A stretch of DNA of 64,000 bases from the NCBI GenBank assembly GCA_018826075.1, contig JAHKAJ010000024.1:145694-209693 (forward strand). Direction: 5' to 3'. This DNA is from Candidatus Omnitrophota bacterium (GTDB lineage Bacteria > Omnitrophota > Gorgyraeia > Duberdicusellales > 4484-171). Position 1 is the stretch's first letter; every line of letters begins with the position of its first letter. This document shows, piece after piece, positions 59,936 to 64,000 of this stretch. The notes under the pieces were generated by a model, which worked only from the letters and a program-made list of their open reading frames with translations, did no database searches and was not told where the DNA came from. The position numbers were made by a program, and so were the translations under genes.

Positions 59936-60638
59936 TTTTGAATCCTAGATTTTTTGCCTGCACATCGATCCTGACTGAGGGGCTCATGGTGGTAGAAACA
60001 TAAATACTTTTTAGAAAATCGCCTTTTAAGCTTTGAGGCCGGACACTGACCAAAGCATCGATAAAAGCCGATATGTTTTCGTTGAGCGCCTGTTTATCAA
60101 AAGAGATCTTACCTACACCGACATGGATACAGCCAAGTTTATCCACCCGGAAATCGATTTTGCCGCGCTTGGCTTCAGCCACAGCATAAGCCACATTTTC
60201 GGTGACTGTCCCGGTCTTTGGCGATGGCATCAACCCGCGGGGGCCTAAAAATTTTCCCAATTTACTTACCGACCGCATCATCGAAGGAGTCGAGACACAA
60301 CATCCGAAATCAGTCCAGCCGTCATTTAAAATTTTATTAATGATGTCTTCAGAACCGATATAATCTGCTCCGGCCTCTTTGGCATCTTTTTCCTTCTCGG
60401 ACTCGCAAAAAACTAAAACTTTTATGGTTTTACCGGTGCCGTGCGGTAGAACTACCGACCCTCTGACCATCTGATCTGAAAGCTTAGGGTCAATGCCGAG
60501 TTTTCCGCTGATCTCCACAGTTTCATCAAACTTATGATGAGGCATACTTTTTAATATTTCCACAGCCTCCTTGAGAGGATAAACTTGATCTTCGTTAACC
60601 AGTTTTTTTGCTTCTAAATATAATTTTGCGCGTTTCAT
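59928..60638 (-). CDS. rplA: 50S ribosomal protein L1
   Basis: KFDETVE, VRGSVVLPHGTGK, LGPRGLMPSPK, STTM. Confidence 0.98.
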   Translation of the reverse strand: MKRAKLYLEAKKLVNEDQVYPLKEAVEILKSMPHHKFDETVEISGKLGIDPKLSDQMVRGSVVLPHGTGKTIKVLVFCESEKEKDAKEAGADYIGSEDIINKILNDGWTDFGCCVSTPSMMRSVSKLGKFLGPRGLMPSPKTGTVTENVAYAVAEAKRGKIDFRVDKLGCIHVGVGKISFDKQALNENISAFIDALVSVRPQSLKGDFLKSIYVSTTMSPSVRIDVQAKNLGFKND

Positions 60639-60645
60639 TATGGCC

Positions 60646-61080
60646 TCAAACTACTTTTATCCCGCAACTTCTGGCTGTACCTTCAACGATCCGAACAGCC
60701 GCTTCTAAATCGGCGGTATTTAAATCCGGCATTTTTTCTTTAGCGATCTCCAACACCTGGGCTTTAGTCACCTGGCCAATGATCTCTTTGCCGGCCAGAG
60801 AACTGGCTTTAGCTAAATTAGCTGCCCGCTTTAATAAAAAAGAAACCGGGGGAGTCTTAGTTATGAAATCATAAGACTTATCTTCGTAAAGGCTTATGAT
60901 CACCGGAAGGATCACCCCTTCTTTCTGTTTAGTGACGTCATTAAAAGCTTTACAAAACTGACCGGGGTTTATTCCGTGCTGGCCTAAGGCCGGCCCTACC
61001 GGCGGCATAGCTGTAGCCGCTCCGGCGGGAATCTGCAATTTTATCTGGGTAATCAGTTTTTTCTTTTTCTTTTTAGCCAT
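60646..61080 (-). CDS. rplK: 50S ribosomal protein L11
   Basis: [23 protein letters not shown]; start trimmed to ATG 61080. Confidence 0.97.
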   Translation of the reverse strand: MAKKKKKKLITQIKLQIPAGAATAMPPVGPALGQHGINPGQFCKAFNDVTKQKEGVILPVIISLYEDKSYDFITKTPPVSFLLKRAANLAKASSLAGKEIIGQVTKAQVLEIAKEKMPDLNTADLEAAVRIVEGTARSCGIKVV

Positions 61081-61081
61081 A

Positions 61082-61609
61082 TTAGATCTTCTCCACTTGC
61101 CAGAATTCCAGCTCAACCGGAGTAGTCCGGCCAAAAATAGAAGCGCTGACTTTTAGCTTGCCTTTATCCGGATAAACTTCCTCGACTGTACCATTAAAGT
61201 TTATAAACGGGCCTTCCACCACTCTGACACTTTCACCTTTTTCAAAACTCACCTTAGGGGCAGGCTTAGCCTTGCTTTCTTCAGCTTTGGCGAAAATCCT
61301 GTCAACTTCTTCCTGGGATATCGGTGAAGGTTTGCGGCGAGGTCCGATAAAAGCGGTAATCCCGGGGGTTTTTCGCACAAACAACCAGGAATCATCGTTC
61401 ATTTCCATGCGGATGAGAATATAGCCGGGGAAAAATTTACGCTCAAGAACCCGTTTCTTGCCCAGCTTGACTTCGGTAATCTGTTCTTTGGGAATAATTA
61501 CCTCATCGATAAGTTCCTGGTAATTATGGGCTTTGATTCGCGCCTGGAGGTTATTTCTAGCCTGGTCTTCAGCGCCGCTAAGCGTATGTAAAATATACCA
61601 CTGCTTCAT
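61082..61609 (-). CDS. nusG: Transcription factor NusG
   Basis: [18 protein letters not shown] motif [21 protein letters not shown]; ATG 61609 overlaps the secE stop (ATGA). Confidence 0.97.
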   Translation of the reverse strand: MKQWYILHTLSGAEDQARNNLQARIKAHNYQELIDEVIIPKEQITEVKLGKKRVLERKFFPGYILIRMEMNDDSWLFVRKTPGITAFIGPRRKPSPISQEEVDRIFAKAEESKAKPAPKVSFEKGESVRVVEGPFINFNGTVEEVYPDKGKLKVSASIFGRTTPVELEFWQVEKI

Positions 61610-61800
61610 TTTAAAATCAGCTGGATTAAATTCGACATCCCGATGTCGACCGCAAAGATATAAACCGTTAGGATAACCGAAACTATGACCACTAGCCAAG
61701 CCGCAGAAATCAATTCTTGGCGGCTGGACCAATTAACTTTTTTCAGTTCGTCGTTTACTTCTCTAAAAAACGCCGGTATTCGTTTTAGCTTATTAATCAT
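61606..61800 (-). CDS. secE: Preprotein translocase SecE
   Basis: FFREVNDELKKVNW followed by one TM helix; upstream of nusG. Confidence 0.95.
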   Translation of the reverse strand: MINKLKRIPAFFREVNDELKKVNWSSRQELISAAWLVVIVSVILTVYIFAVDIGMSNLIQLILK

Positions 61801-61826
61801 TTAAAATAATTGTTGCTATCTAAAAG

Positions 61827-61900
61827 CAGGCGAGGCAGGAGTTGAACCTGCAACCCCCGGTTTTGGAGACCGGTGCTCTAGCCAATTGAGCTACTCGCCT
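61827..61900 (-). tRNA. tRNA-Trp(CCA)
   Basis: AGGCGAG acceptor stem, D-arm GCTCAATTGGCTAGAGC, anticodon arm CCGGT-CTCCAAA-ACCGG, T-loop GTTCAAC; 3' CCA not encoded. Confidence 0.96.
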
Positions 61901-61968
61901 AATCTAGAACCGGTAATCTCCCTACCCACTATTTAATCAAATAGCAGTTAAGCCGCCGCCTAAATAGA

Positions 61969-62121
61969 CTACGGCTTGGCTTCTTTATGTTCAGTATGCT
62001 TACGTTCAAATCGACAGTACTTCTTAATCGTAGCTTTCTCCGGATGCTTACGTTTATTTTTAGTCAAATAGTAATTCTTCCGTTTGCAGACAGTACAGGT
62101 TAAGGCGATTAACTCTCTCAT
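61969..62121 (-). CDS. rpmG: 50S ribosomal protein L33 (not in ORF track)
   Basis: Hand translation MRELIALTCTVCKRKNYYLTKNKRKHPEKATIKKYCRFERKHTEHKEAKP*. Confidence 0.95.
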   Translation of the reverse strand: MRELIALTCTVCKRKNYYLTKNKRKHPEKATIKKYCRFERKHTEHKEAKP

Positions 62122-62206
62122 AATATTTAAATAATAAAAAAGCGAAGAGCCTAAAAAACCCCCGCCCCACTTTTGTGGTCTTCTTGAAAATCCCTATTGT
62201 CTATTA

Positions 62207-62279
62207 AGCCCACGACCAGAATCGAACCGGTGACCTCTTCGTTACCAACGAAGTGCTCTACCGACTGAGCTACGTGGGC
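62207..62279 (-). tRNA. tRNA-Thr(GGT)
   Basis: GCCCACG acceptor stem, GCTCAGTCGGTAGAGC, anticodon arm TTCGT-TGGTA-ACGAA, GTTCGA T-loop; 3' CCA not encoded. Confidence 0.96.
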
Positions 62280-62327
62280 GATTTATCTTAGTATATAAAT
62301 ACTATTAGAAAACTAAAAGACCTAACG

Positions 62328-62375
62328 ATGTTACTATAAAGTTATTTTTTGTCAAGAAAAAAATAAAAAATTTTT
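62328..62375 (-). promoter_or_regulatory. Putative sigma70 promoter with A/T-tract UP element for the tRNA-Thr/ribosomal super-operon
   Basis: T/A tracts, then TTGACA (62355-62350), 16 nt, TAACAT. Confidence 0.55.
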
Positions 62376-62385
62376 CAGGCGGTCT

Positions 62386-63999
<1,614 letters not shown>

Positions 64000-64000
64000 T

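Noticed and set aside
61609-61732. Long N-terminal extensions in the ORF track for nusG (also xerC, topA, rplK, rplF, leuD and the hydrogenase large subunit)
   Set aside because: Artifacts of longest-ORF calling that overlap upstream genes; downstream starts fit the family N-termini and stop/start overlaps.
62140-62200. Possible terminator or IS-end remnant (CCAC-AAAA-GTGG, G-rich run, T tracts) between tRNA-Thr and rpmG
   Set aside because: The stem is too short and not directly followed by the T tract; no transposase nearby.

Overview
Gene-dense 64-kb segment of a diderm anaerobic bacterium. All credible genes are on the minus strand, most with overlaps or gaps of only a few bases. The gene content (no L30, divergent EF-Tu switch I, ELM1/GT9 LPS fusions, group 4 hydrogenase) suggests the PVC superphylum, possibly Ca. 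Omnitrophota; this is inference only. In transcription order (right to left): (1) 3' part of ligA; (2) tRNA-Thr, rpmG, tRNA-Trp, secE-nusG-rplKAJL-rpoBC running straight into the str, S10, spc and alpha ribosomal clusters; (3) aspC, leuC-like, pilT, leuD-like, icd, mdh, lpdA; (4) pagL-like, GNAT, acyl-CoA dehydrogenase; (5) aroK-dprA-topA-xerC, then waaA-lpxK and an LPS core cluster with LpxL-ELM1 and GT4-GT9 fusions; (6) a group 4 membrane-bound [NiFe]-hydrogenase/Mrp-type operon headed by a HydB/HydG (AsrA/AsrB)-like NAD(P)H diaphorase module, behind a sigma70 promoter with a Rex/CRP-type operator. The main signal not explained by the gene calls is a family of 28-29 bp GTAGGGGCG-(variable palindromic core)-CGCCCCTAC REP-like elements. 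Two of the four copies are translated inside proteins (the LigA linker and the hydrogenase C-terminal tail). There is also a 40-bp tandem hairpin repeat with compensatory changes, and an amphipathic, MinD-like tail on L17. No CRISPR array, rRNA, prophage or transposase was seen.
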